Shown piece after piece: positions 42,785 to 55,452 of a stretch of DNA of 64,000 bases. The notes beneath the pieces were generated by a model. That model was not told where the DNA came from and did no database searches. It saw only the letters and a program-made list of their open reading frames with translations. The DNA is taken from assembly GCA_000004695.1 (NCBI GenBank), contig CM000152.2:1824001-1888000 (forward strand). The letters run 5' to 3'. Position 1 is the stretch's first letter; the number at the start of each line of letters is the position of its first letter. This stretch comes from Dictyostelium discoideum. Its lineage: Eukaryota. The position numbers and the translations under genes were made by a program.

Positions 42785-43213
42785 AGTTCTTGAAGTGGGT
42801 TTTTTTTTTTTTTTTTTTGTGTGGTTGTAGTGGTTAAATGTATTTTTAATAAATTAATATGTACACTTGTGAAGGTAATAAAATTAATATTATGAGTGGT
42901 GGTGCCACACAAATAAAAAGCACAAAAAAACAATAATAAAAACACTTTAACACTCTAAAATCTATCATTTTGTTTTTTTTTTTTTTTCTTTTTTTTTTTT
43001 TCAAATATACAACGCCCAAAATTGGTATTTTTTTTTTTTTTTTTTAAATTTGTCAAAAAATGTAATAAAAAAGCTCCAAGATACATTAATATATTAACAC
43101 CCACAGGTTGAGAAATTTATTTTTTTAATTCGGATTTGGGAGTTGTTTTTTTTTTGATTTAAATATGATGACATAAATTAATACAAATTTTCAAGCTTGA
43201 TTAAGGAATTCAT

Positions 43214-43263
<50 letters not shown>

Positions 43264-43675
43264 GGAAAATTAAAAAATATTTTTGAAAACCGATAATAGA
43301 AATATTTTCTCCTCTATTTATTAATTTATTTTAATAAAAAAAAATTAAAAACAATAAAGCCTAATTTAATTTTTGAAAAATAAATAATAAAAAATTTAAA
43401 ATAAAAAAAAAAAAATATAAAATAAATAAATAAATAAATAAATAGATAAAAAATTATAAAATGAAAATTATTAAAAAATCAAAAAATTTATTATGATAAT
43501 CGAATGAAAAAAAACTTGCCTAAAATTAGACAAAATGGTAAAATCCTTACACCACTTCCAAAAAAAAAAAATAAAAAAAATAAAAAAAAATATAACAAAA
43601 ACACCACCATTTTTAATGATTTCTTGGTTGGTAATGAAAAAATATATAAATAGAGTTATGTTTTAAAAATACCTA

Positions 43676-43712
<37 letters not shown>

Positions 43713-43920
43713 GGTGTTTTTTTTCTTTTGGTGATTTTTTTTTTTCTTATGGTTATTTCTTTTGGGTTATATTTTTTTTTTTTTTTTGTATAGAAAATTT
43801 AAATTTTTTTTTTTTTATAGTAAAAAAATCTAAGGAATTTTATTATTTACCTATCCTCTTTTAAATAATGAAAAAGATTTTTTTTTTTTTTTTTATGTAT
43901 ATAAAAATTAATTTCTGAAT

Positions 43921-44040
43921 TTTTTTTTTTTTTTTTTTTATTATTTATTTAATTATTATTTTATTATTGATGTGGCTTTTTTTTTTTTATTATTTATTTA
44001 ATTATTATTTTATTTTTGATGTGGCTTTTTTTTTTTTTTT
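43921..44040 (+). repeat. ~57-bp direct tandem duplication ending in GATGTGGC(T)n
   Basis: 'ttattatttatttaattattattttattattgatgtggcttttttttt' is immediately repeated with one substitution. A related 'tgtggcttttttttttttttgtggctttt' doublet occurs at 46320..46350. Confidence 0.7.
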
Positions 44041-44588
44041 TTTTTAATTTTTTTTATTTTTTAAATTTTATTTTATTTCTATTATTTTTATTATATATAT
44101 AAATATCAAAAACACAAAAAATTTGAAATAACAAAAATGAATTAAAAAATAAAAAAACTACAAAATACTAGTTGCAATATTTCAAAAAGACACAAAGAAG
44201 CATTCGCCTTTAAAAAAAAAAAAAAAAAAAAATAATAATTAATAAAAAAAAAAAAAAAAACCCAAGCATTAGATCATATTATAATAAAAATATTGTTGAT
44301 GTTGTACAACATTTACTACTATACTTTATAAATAAAAGTATGCATAAATGAATTTAATAACTATTTAAAATTTTTGTAAATTAAAATACAAGTAAAAATA
44401 CCCACTAACCCACACAAATAAAAGAAAAAAAGAAAAAAAGATACAGATACAAAAAACACACAAATCCACATATGGCCCACCTTTTTTTTTATTTTTTTTT
44501 TATTTTTTTTTTTTATTCTTTTTTTTTTTATCTCTATTATTTGTCCACCCAATATTATAATATGTATATACTGTAGAAAAATTAAAAT

Positions 44589-44621
<33 letters not shown>

Positions 44622-45239
44622 AAACTTTATTTTAAAAAGTATAATTGAATAAAACTTTTGGATCTGATCTAAGTTTGTCTCCTTTTTTTTTTTTTTTTTT
44701 TTAATTTTATGCTCTGTTTTTTATTAATACCTTTTTGACAATAATTTATAAATTAATTTGGTGGCTAACCTGATATAGTAAAAATGGTCTTTATACAATT
44801 GCTAATTTATAAAATAAAAATAGTACTCTACTTCCATATGAAAAAAAAAAATAAAAAAAATTATTAAAAAAAAAAAAATAAACACAAAAATTGATCATTC
44901 GTCCTTCCTTAATTTTAACACTAATCTTTTTAAAAAATTTTATTTTTTATTTTAATATCAAAAATTGATTTTTCATTTAATCGAAATTTTCCTTCACTTT
45001 TTATTATTTTTTAATTATTATTTTTTTCTTTATACAAAATTTAACACAAGCATAAAAAATTTTATAAAATAAATAAAAAAAAAAACTCTTAAAAAAAAAA
45101 ATAATAATTAAAAAAAAAAAAAATTCCTTTTATTTCCATATTACAAACTATTTTTTTAATTTATTTTTATATCTTACCATAAAAATAATAAGAAAAATAT
45201 TAAATTTGCTTGTGAAAAAAAAAATTTTGACATATTGTT

Positions 45240-45272
<33 letters not shown>

Positions 45273-45903
45273 TTTGAAATTTATAAAATTTATATATACC
45301 TTTTTTTAATAAATAATTTTGATTGTTGATTATGTTTTTGTTAATAATAATAATAAAGAAAAAAAAGTGATGACGTATTTTTTTTTTTTTTTTTTTTTTT
45401 AAAAATTATTTATATGTATCCTTAATTTCGTTGTTTTTTTAAATGTACTTTGAATACAATTTTTCTTTTTTTCTTTTTTTCTTTTTTTCTTTTTTTCTTT
45501 TTTTATTTTAATTTTTTTTTTTTTTTTTAATTTTATTTTTATTTAAATTTTAATTTCTTATTTTTTTTTTTTTTTTATTTTTTTTATTTCATAATTATTA
45601 TTTTTGTTAAATGTAAAAAAAAAAAAAAAAATATAGATCATCATATGGTCCCACTCAATATTTTTTAAAAAATTGTTTTTTTTTTTAATCATTTTTTTTT
45701 ATTGGATGGGGGTAACTTTCATTATGAGGCAATTATTCAAGTGGCTTCAAAATATAGTTTGCCAATTTAAGATATAACTTTAAAACAAAAAAGTTTTTTT
45801 TTTTATTATAAATCTAAAAGTTAAAAATAGAATGGTTATTTTTAAAATTTCTAAACACAACATTTTAGTGGTGTAAGTGTGGTTTAAAAAACTAGATCTA
45901 AAT

Positions 45904-45936
<33 letters not shown>

Positions 45937-46766
45937 CATAAAGTGTGTGGAACCCAAATCAAAGTAAATTAATTACAAGTAGATTTAAAATAATATAGAC
46001 ATTACCAAAATTTTTTTAAAACCACCAAAAAAAATAAAAAAAAAAAAACAAAAAAAAAAATAAAAAAAAAAAAATGAGGCAACCAATAATTATTTATAAA
46101 CATGGCTTATAAATGAGTTTCTTTTAATAAATAAAAAGGTGGTTGTAACCATTTGATTTTTTTTTTTTTTTTTTTTTTTTTCCTTGTTTTGTTATTTATA
46201 TTTTTTAATATTTCAATTAATATTTTATTTTATTTCTTTCAAAATTAATCATGATTTAAATTTTCAAAATCTATTAAAAAGGTTAAAATGAAACAATGTG
46301 GTGGTTTACTTTAATTTTTTTTTTTTTGTGGCTTTTTTTTTTTTTTGTGGCTTTTAAAAAACCACTAGTAATGATTAAAACAAAAAAAAAAAAGAAAAAA
46401 AAAAAAGAGATATTTTTTTCTAATATTAGAAAATTAAAATTTCATTGAGACAAACTTTCAAAAAAAAAAAAAAAAAAAAAAACATAAAAAATATTTTTTT
46501 AATGATTTTTTTTTTTTTTTTTTTTCGTTAATTAAATTATTTTTAACTTTTTTTATTTCACCATTTCATTTTTTTTTATTTTTTTTTTATTCCACACCAC
46601 TTTTATATATCTTGTCAAAAAAAAAAAAAATAAAAAAATAAAAAAGTAAAAAAACAAACAAAACAAACAAAATAAAAAAAAAGTTACATTCCTCCCTCCT
46701 CCTTCCTCTTCCCAATCCAACCTATTCACATACCTATACACATATTTTTTATATATAAAAAAAATT

Positions 46767-48072
46767 ATGACATTAGTATCAAATATTGTTGGTATTGTTG
46801 TACCAGTTGTTATTGCGCTGATAATACTTATAATTTTACTTAAAAAGAGTTTATTAATATTAAAAGAAAGAGAAATCATTATACTAGAACGTTTTGGACA
46901 ATATCATAATATATTACATGTAATTATTTTATTTTATTTTATTTTGTTTTTTTTAAATTATTTAAAATATTAATTATAGTTAAAATTTAAAATTTTTAAA
47001 AGGCTGGTGTACATTGGACAATTCCATGGGTTGATAGACCAAAAACATTTTATTATTCATATTACGTTGATACACCAAGTGGTAAAGAGTTAAGAGAAGG
47101 TTTAAATTTAACAAGAATTTCAACTCAAAATGAAGTTTTAGATTTACCAAAACAGTATGATTTATTATTATTATTATTATTACTATTATCACTCACAAAG
47201 ACAATTACAAATACAAAAACTAATAATATTTATATATTTTTTATTTTTTTTAAAATAGAACTGTTATTACAAGAGATTGTGCATCAGTTGATTTAGATGC
47301 AGTTTTATCATATAAAATTACAAATCCAAAACAAATGATTTATAGTTGTGTAAATTTACCAAATATCCTTTCAAAACTATTACAAGCTCAATTAAGAAAT
47401 TTAGCAGGTACATTAGAGATTGATCAAATCATTGAAGAATCACACCTATTAAATGCTCTCACTGGTTTAATGGCAAGTGAAGCAAATAAATGGGGTGTTG
47501 AAATAGTGTTTGTTAAAGTTCAAAGAGTTGAAGCAAGAAGATTAGCTGAAGTTTTAGCTAAAAAGAAAAATGCTGATTTAAAAAATAAAGAAGTAAATAT
47601 CAACTTATAGATACATATAAAATTATATATATATATATACATATATACTAATATGTATATATATTTTTATTATAATCTATAGATTATTATTACAGCAAAA
47701 GCACATAAACAAACTAAAGTAATTGAAAGTGAGGGTCTAAGAGATTCAATGATAAAGAAAGCAGAAGGTGAAGCACAAGAGATTGTTTCAAGAGCAAAAG
47801 GTGCTGCTCAAGCAAAATTAAATTCTGCTCAAGCTGAAGTTAAAACTATTAAAGAGATTGCAAGAGCTGTTGGTTTAAATAAGGATTCAAAAGTTGATGT
47901 TTCAAAATATATTATCACTATTAAATATTTAAATGCACTTAAACAAATTTTAAGTTTATCTCAAACTTCTACAAATTTAATTGCTGAAGAAACTGTTGAC
48001 CTTCAATCATTACCAATGTTTGGTGTTTCTTCTGTAGCATTACCAAATTTAAGTGTTAAAAAAAATAATTAA
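46767..48072 (+). CDS. stomatin-like (SPFH/band-7, SLP-2 type) protein; join(46767..46919,47003..47154,47259..47592,47683..48072)
   Basis: TM segment then 'ILERFGQYHNILH|AGVHWTIPWVDR...ISTQNEVLDLPKQ|TVITRDCASVDLDAVLSYKITNPKQ...RVEARR...|...KVIESEGLRDSMIKKAEGEAQ', co-linear with stomatin-like protein 2. Three introns: GTAATT...AAAG, GTATGA...ATAG, GTAAAT...TATAG. Phases match and the total is 1029 nt, 343 codons. Confidence 0.8.
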
Positions 48073-48528
48073 TAATAATAATAAATAATAAATAATAATA
48101 AACATATTGTTTAAATTTGTAAAATAGTAAAAAAAAAAAAAAAAAAGAGAATGGAAATAATTATTTTATTTTAAATTTATTTATTTTATTTTTAATTTAA
48201 TTATTCTTGGAAGAATTAAAAAAAAAAAAATAGTTTATTATTATTATTATTTTTGTATTAATTTTTAATAATTATAGGATAAACACACTGTTGTAAATGG
48301 AGTTTTTTTTTTCTTTTTTTTTTTTTTTTTTTTCTTTTTGGGTGTATGAAAAAGGAATTTTAACACTATCGATTCGTTTTGTTTTGAAATTTCCAAAATT
48401 ATTAAAGAATTTGAGCCAGTTGTTATATTGAAAAAAAAAAAAAGATAAAATAAAAATGAAGTATTAATAAAGTTCCACACCTTATTAATAATAAATTGAA
48501 ATTCATTGTTTTGTTTTTTTTTTTTTTT

Positions 48529-48856
48529 TTACAATTTAATGATTAAAATTGGGGTCAATACAGCTGCCACTATTAAAATGAAAACAATTATAGAAATAGC
48601 TATAATTATTCTTTTTCTTTTTTTTTTTTTTTCAATTTGTTGATTATTTGAATAATTTTCCAACTCTTTTATTGCTTTAACACCAATATCTCTATTACTT
48701 GTATCTGTTCCAACCATTTCGAGTTCGATGTCATTTAAATTGATTGTTACAAATTTATCTCTATTATTTTAATTTAGAAATAATAAGAAAATATTAATAT
48801 TTATAAATAAGATAATTGAAAATAAATATTTATTAATATATTTACTCTGAACCCAT
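48529..48856 (-). CDS. small tail-anchored membrane protein (80 aa); complement(join(48529..48760,48846..48856)); SNARE-like C-terminus, tentative
   Basis: An 11-nt first exon (ATGGGTTCAGA) is followed by a GTAAAT donor; an 85-nt intron ends at AATAG; phase 2. Product: 'MGSEDKFVTINLNDIELEMVGTDTSNRDIGVKAIKELENYSNNQQIEKKKKRKRIIIAISIIVFILIVAAVLTPILIIKL*'. A juxtamembrane basic cluster precedes a C-terminal TM segment. Confidence 0.35.
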
Positions 48857-48867
48857 TCTTTATTTTT

Positions 48868-48901
<34 letters not shown>

Positions 48902-50157
48902 TAAATTAATATTTTAAAGGTATATTTTTTTTTTTTTTTTTATTTGTTAATATTTTTTTTTTAATTTGAAATGAAAAAAATTAAAAAATTAAAAAAAAAA
49001 GTTAAATATTTATTTATTTATTTTCAAAACGTGGTTTATTAGTTTTAAATTAAATTCAATGAAAATAAAAAAGGTTTTTTTTTTTTTTTTTTTAATTTAT
49101 TTTTTTTTATTTTTTTTTTTTTTTTTAATCGTTTTTTTAATTTATTTTAATTAATTTTAATTTTTTTAATTTTTTTTTTTATTTTTTTTAAAGAGATCTA
49201 AATTAAATAATAATATTCTATTTATTATTTTCTCTTTTGATTGATCTAAAAATCATTTTTTGAAATTCAAATATTATCATTATTTAATTTTTTATTTTAT
49301 TTTTTTTTATTTTTTTTTTTTTTTTACAAATTTACTATATAATGACAAAACCTTTATTTTTTATTATTTTTATTATAATTTATTATTATTTTTTAAAAGT
49401 GTTTAAAATGACAATAACCAAATAAAAAAAAAAAAAACAAAAAAAACATTAAAATACAAAAAACAAAAAAAAAGTAATATTGATAAATAATATTTCATAT
49501 GTTTTTTTTTTTTTCATAAGAATGTTATTTTAATTTTTAAAAATTATTTCCTTTTTTAATTTTATTTAGTATTTTATTTTAGTTGTTTATTTTTTTATTT
49601 ATTTATTTTATTTTCATAATAAAAAAAATGAAATCTAGATAAAATGAAACTCCTAATTGGGGGGGGTAATATCAATAATTTTTATTTTTTTCATTTTTTT
49701 TTTCATTTTTTTTTTATTTTTATTTTTTATTTTTATTTTAATCTTAAAATCATTTTGTTTGGTAGGTGGTGCCATAATAATAACACTACATTTTTTTTTT
49801 TAAAATTTTTTTCTTTTTCCTCTTTTTATTTGAACCAATAAAATAAATTTTAATTTAATTAAAAAATTAAAAATTAAAAATTTTTTGCATTAATTGCATG
49901 GTGCAAAAAGGTGTATGGTGTAATTGGGGCGAAGCTTCTATTCATATTTTAATATTTTTTACCCCAGACCACGTCGCCGAAAAATTAATGTTTTAAAAAA
50001 ATAAAATAAAAAAAAAAAAAATGAATAAATTAAAAATGTATAAAAAAAAAAAAAAAAAAAAAACCTAAAATAAAAAAATAAATAAATACAGTTATTTTTT
50101 TTTAAAAAAAAAAAAAAAAGATCATTTTTTTTTAAAAAAAGAAAAAAACAAAAACTA

Positions 50158-50166
50158 CCAATAAAA

Positions 50167-50232
<66 letters not shown>
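50158..50232 (+). repeat. (AAAT)~18 microsatellite
   Basis: Direct reading: aaataaataaat... in the intergenic region upstream of the MFS gene. Confidence 0.9.
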
Positions 50233-50235
<3 letters not shown>

Positions 50236-50331
50236 ATTTTATTTATTTATTTATTTCCAAAAAAAAAAAAAAAAATTTTATTTTTTAAAAATCAAATTAT
50301 AATTTTAAATATCTATAAATAACATTTAAAA

Positions 50332-50623
50332 ATGACAGGTCCGAGTGGTGACTATTATACAATTAATATTAAAAATAATAATAATAATAATAATAATTCT
50401 TCATGTGATTCCTATAAAAAATCCGAATCCTTAGTAGTATTGGTAACCGATGACTCTGAAGGCCAGCCGCAACCCCCACTTTCTTTAATAAATAATTACA
50501 GTAAATCTTTTTACAACATTTGTATTGTATTTTTAGTTTTATTCCTTAGTGAAAGTGCCAGAGGTTTAGTTCTTCCAACAACTCCTTCCTATGTTGAAAC
50601 TGTAAATTATTATTTTGTTTATT

Positions 50624-50681
<58 letters not shown>

Positions 50682-52203
50682 GGAATTTCAATTTTACTAA
50701 TTACTTTTTATTTAATCATATTTTATTTTATCTTTTTTTTTATCTTTTTTTTTTTTTTTTTAAATTTAGGTTGGTGGAGATTCCTCATTTCTTGGTATCG
50801 TAGTTTCATCTTTTAGTGTGGGTAGATTTATTTCAACAATTTTATTGGGTTATTTATCATCAAAATTAAAATATAGAAAAGTTTTCATTGGTTCTGTTGG
50901 AATTTGTATTGTTGGTTCTATATTTTATTGTTTTGCTTATTTAGATAATGGAGCTACCGGTAGAATAATTTTAATTATTTCGAGATTATTATTGGGTTTC
51001 GGTGCAGGTACACTTAGTGCTGTTCGTGCTTATATTGCAGAGATTTCAACACCAAAAGAAAGAACTACCTATATTGCATGGGCTAGTGCAGTCCAATTCT
51101 TTGGATTTGCAATTACTCCAATTATTGGATCAACTTTACAATTATTACCAATGTTTTATATTATTCCACCAGTTAGTGTAAATTCTTTAACTTCACCAGG
51201 CTGGTTTTTAACAATTTTCAATAGTGCTTTATTATTAATTTTAATAATCCAATTTTCAAATCCAATTAAATCAACTTTACCAACTTCAAATTCTTATTTA
51301 AAAATTCAACCACAAACCCAACAAGAACAACAACAACAACAACAACAAGATATTGAAACATCAGATTCAGTTTCAACAACTGGTTCTTGTATATCAACTG
51401 ATACTTCAACATCTGACAATATTATTAAAAAACAATCAACAACAACAAATATTGAAGGTAATGATCAACAATCATTAATTAAAATATTAATTAATGATAA
51501 AAGTGCATTGAAAAGTTTATTAGTATTTATTATATTAAACTTTTTGGTGAGAGGTATTCTTGGTATTTTCGAAACTCTTGGTACCCCAATTTATTTATTA
51601 TTAATTGATGATAAAGATGATGGTACCTCTGGTTATTATTTCGGTGGTATGGGTGTTGTTGGTATTATAATTCTTCTTGGCATTAGTTATATCTCTAAAA
51701 AGGAATTAATTAACGACTTTTGGATATTGATAACTGGTATTGCTATCATTATTATTGGGTGTGGTGTTTGTATTACAAGTGATTTGGGTTGGGTTAGATT
51801 CACAATTGGGTCTTTATTAATTTGGGGTTTCGGTTATCCATTAGCTCAAACTGTTATTGTTTCAATGTTTTCTAAAACTCTATCTTCATCAGTTGGTAAA
51901 GCAAGTCAAGGTACATTAATGGGTGTAATTGGTATGGCTGGTTCACTTGGTAGAATAGTTGGCCCATTAATTAGTGGTATGATGTTTACTGATACTGTTG
52001 ATTGCTTTTATGTTTTCTTATTTTCAACTTGTTTAGCAGTTGTAACTTTTGTAATTTCAATTTTAATATTACCAAAAGAGATTTTAGATAGTATCAATTC
52101 ACTTTTCTTTGAAAAATTATATAAAGTTAAATCTTTTATAAATAGAAAAGTTAATAATGTTAATTTTGTCAACTTAAATGAAAATGTTGACGATTTAATT
52201 TAA
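50332..52203 (+). CDS. major facilitator superfamily transporter; join(50332..50601,50770..52203)
   Basis: Donor ACT|GTAAAT and acceptor TTTAG|GTTGGT, phase 0, intron 168 nt. Product 'YVETVGGDSSFLGIVVSSFSVGRFISTILLGYLSSKLKYRK...LLLGFGAGTLSAVRAYIAEIS' has MFS motif-A-like and TM-rich architecture with about 12 TM helices. The listed 'M' at 50818 is an internal GTG. Confidence 0.7.
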
Positions 52204-52663
52204 ATTTTTTAAAAAATAAAAAAAACTTTTTTATAATAATATTTATTTTTTCTCTTAAAAAATAATTAAAATAAAATAAAACAAAATATAAAATAAAATC
52301 ATATTTTATAACCATAAAAAAAAAAAACAGATTTAAATTTATAAATCTTTATTTATGTATGTTTTGATCAAAACTTAATAAAAATAAATTAATAGGTTTT
52401 TATTTTTAAAAAATGTTATGATCTATTTATTATTATTTTTTCTTGTTATTTTTAAAATTTTTAAACTCATTTTTAAAAGTGTGATTTATATTGGTTTGAT
52501 TACTTAAAAAAATGGAATTACTGGAAGAATAATTCTTTTGGTTGATCAAAAAAAAAAAAAAAAATTAAAAAAAATTTTTGTGAAAAAAAAAAAAAAAAAA
52601 ATTTTGTTTCATTTTTTTTTTTTTTTTTTTTTTAAATTATAATTAAAAAACAAATAGATAAAA

Positions 52664-53879
52664 ATGGAGAAATTTTCAAATTGGAGAGATGGACCAACTG
52701 GTATTCATCCATTATTACCACCAAAAGCTAAAAGTGTTTCAGTTTTTGGTTATATTATAAAGTTTGTTATTGGTCCAATCATTAGTATTATAAGAGTACC
52801 AATTATTTTAATTTTAACAGCTTTATTAATAATATTTAATATAATTGCAAGATCAGTATGTTGAAAATAAAAAAATAAAAAAATATAAAATAAAAAAATT
52901 TTTTTTTTTTTTTTTTTTTTTTTAAAACTAACACCAAAATATATATATTTATGTTTATATATGTTATTTTTTTTTTTTTTTTTAGATACCAATTGGATGG
53001 TTAAGTAGAATGATTTGTAGATTTTTTGATATTATAATTGGTAGAATTATATTATTATGTATGGGATTTATTCAATTAGATGAATTTACAGAAACATTAA
53101 GTAGATCAAAAGTTGCAAGTGGATCAATTGATCAATGTACAAGAAAGGATATAATCATTTGTAATCATAGTTCATATGTTGATATCATTTATCTTTGTTA
53201 TAAATTTTCACCAACATTTGCAATTCCACCAAATGATGAAAAGAATTTAAATGAAAATATTGGAAAATTAATACCATTAACATTGGGTAGAGCATTGGAG
53301 AATTCAATCTATTCACCAATTCAACTATCGTCTAAATCAGTGGATACTAATAAATTAGTTGAATCAATTCAGTCATCTTGGAATGGTCCATTAGTTATTT
53401 TCCCAGAAGGTACAACTTCAAATGGTCAAGGTTTATTAGACATTTCTCCAATTTTCCCATCACAATCACAATCACAATCACAATCACAATTTAATACTTT
53501 TAAAGAGATTTCTGCAAATAAATTATCAATTCATGTTATTGGTTTATCATATCATTATGGAATTTATTCACCATGTTATTCATCAGTTGGTAATGTTTTC
53601 TTACATTTATTTTTAGTTTGTTGTCAAATTTCAAATAGTATTCAAATTCATTATCTTAGTCGTTCTTGTATGCCACCACCACCAAAACAATCACAATTAT
53701 CACAATATATAAATAACAATGGTTTAAGTGATGAGAATGAATGGTTTGATCAATTATTTAAATCACTTTCAAGTTTAATTAATACTCGTAGAACTAAAAT
53801 TACAAATAATGATAAACTTTCTTTTATTTCAAAATGGAAAGGTTATAAAGTTGATTATAGTTCAAAAAAATCAAATTAA
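52664..53879 (+). CDS. PlsC/LPLAT-family lysophospholipid acyltransferase; join(52664..52855,52986..53879)
   Basis: Acyltransferase motif I 'CNHSSYVDI' (HX4D) and motif III 'FPEGTTSNG'. An N-terminal TM exon joins via GTATGT...TTTAG (130 nt, phase 0). A (QS)n stretch is present. Confidence 0.7.
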
Positions 53880-53968
53880 ATATAAATATAAAATAAAAAT
53901 AATTTTTTTTTTTTTTTAAATATTTTTAGATTTTTTATTTTTATTTTTATATTTTTCATCAAACACAA

Positions 53969-54005
<37 letters not shown>

Positions 54006-54086
54006 TTTTTTTTTTTTTAAAAAATTAATTTAAATTAAAATTTTTACACACTAGTAATAAAAAAAAAAAGATATATAATAATAAAA

Positions 54087-55323
54087 ATGGTTAACCTATT
54101 AAATAAAGCATTTATAATATTTGGAATTGGTTTAGTTATTTTAAATTTATATATTTATAACTATATGTTTTTCTGTAGATGGAAATTTAATCAAGATGGT
54201 AAATATTATTAAATTATAATAAATAATAAATAATAAATAATAAATATTAATTATTTTTATTATCTTTATAGTTGAAACAACAAATATAATAATGTTAGGA
54301 GATCCACAAATGGAAGGTGATTTTAGAATAAGAAGAGAAGGATTAAAAGGAAAATATAATATATTTTTTAATGATAATTATTTTAAACATATTGTTAGTA
54401 ATATTGAATATTATTTAAATCCATCAATAGTGGTTGTATTAGGTGACTTATTCTCATCACAATATATTAATGATGAAGAATTCGCCAAGAGAACTGATAG
54501 ATATAGGGCTATTTTCTCACCACTAAAGGACCACACAAAGTTAATCAATGTCACAGGTAATCACGACGTTGGCTATGCAAATGAAGTGACAGAAGCACGT
54601 ATCAATAGATTCGAATCATCATTTGGTAAAATCAATGATAAATTCTTTGTTGGCGGTCATTTAATTGGCGTTGTTAATTCGATTAATTTAGATTCATCAT
54701 TTGATGAGAAATTACAATCTGATGCATGGACTCATTTAAAAGAATTAAAACATGATGCAGAATCAACTCAATCACCATTAATCATTGTAACTCATATACC
54801 GTTATATAAAGATATTGCTAGTATAGATAGAACATTACCAATTTATCGTCAATATCCATGGTTATGTAGAGAAGAATATCAAGTTAAACATACTCCAAAC
54901 AATCATGTAAAAGAACAAACAATGTTAACAAAAGAAACTACTGATTATATCCTAAATGAAATTAAACCACTTTTCATTTTTAATGGTCATGATCATGATG
55001 GTTGTATCTATCAATTCCCTTCAAATCCATCAGGTTTCAATACAACTGAATATACAATTAGGTCAATGATGGGTGGATATGGTGGTTATTCTGCTTTATT
55101 TGAATTTAAAAAAATAAATAATAATAATAATAATAATAATGATAAAAAAGAAATATTTGAATATCAATTCCAGTTATGCCCATTTTTAGATACAAAATAT
55201 ATAAATATAACGTTTGGTGTTAATGCTGGTTGGGCAATTTTATTTTTACTTTTTAATATAATTTATTCTTTATATAATAGATATTTAATTAAAAAACAAC
55301 AAGCTTTAAAAAAGAAAAAATAA
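54087..55323 (+). CDS. metallophosphoesterase of the MPPE1/Cdc1 (PGAP5) family; join(54087..54198,54272..55323)
   Basis: First exon encodes a signal anchor, 'MVNLLNKAFIIFGIGLVILNLYIYNYMFFCRWKFNQD'. A GTAAAT donor and TATAG acceptor give a 73-nt intron, phase 1. The phosphoesterase motifs are 'IVVVLGDLF', 'GNHD' and 'NGHDHDGC', followed by a C-terminal TM segment. Confidence 0.7.
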
Positions 55324-55337
55324 AATATATTATATAC

Positions 55338-55390
<53 letters not shown>

Positions 55391-55452
55391 CAACAACAAC
55401 ATTCTATTGCCTTTAAATTAAAAAAAACATATTTATTTTTATTTTTATTTAT

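Noticed and set aside
42428-42945. Poly-Phe ORFs (42428..42628, 42499..42945) in the AT desert
   Set aside because: Translations of dA runs on the minus strand.
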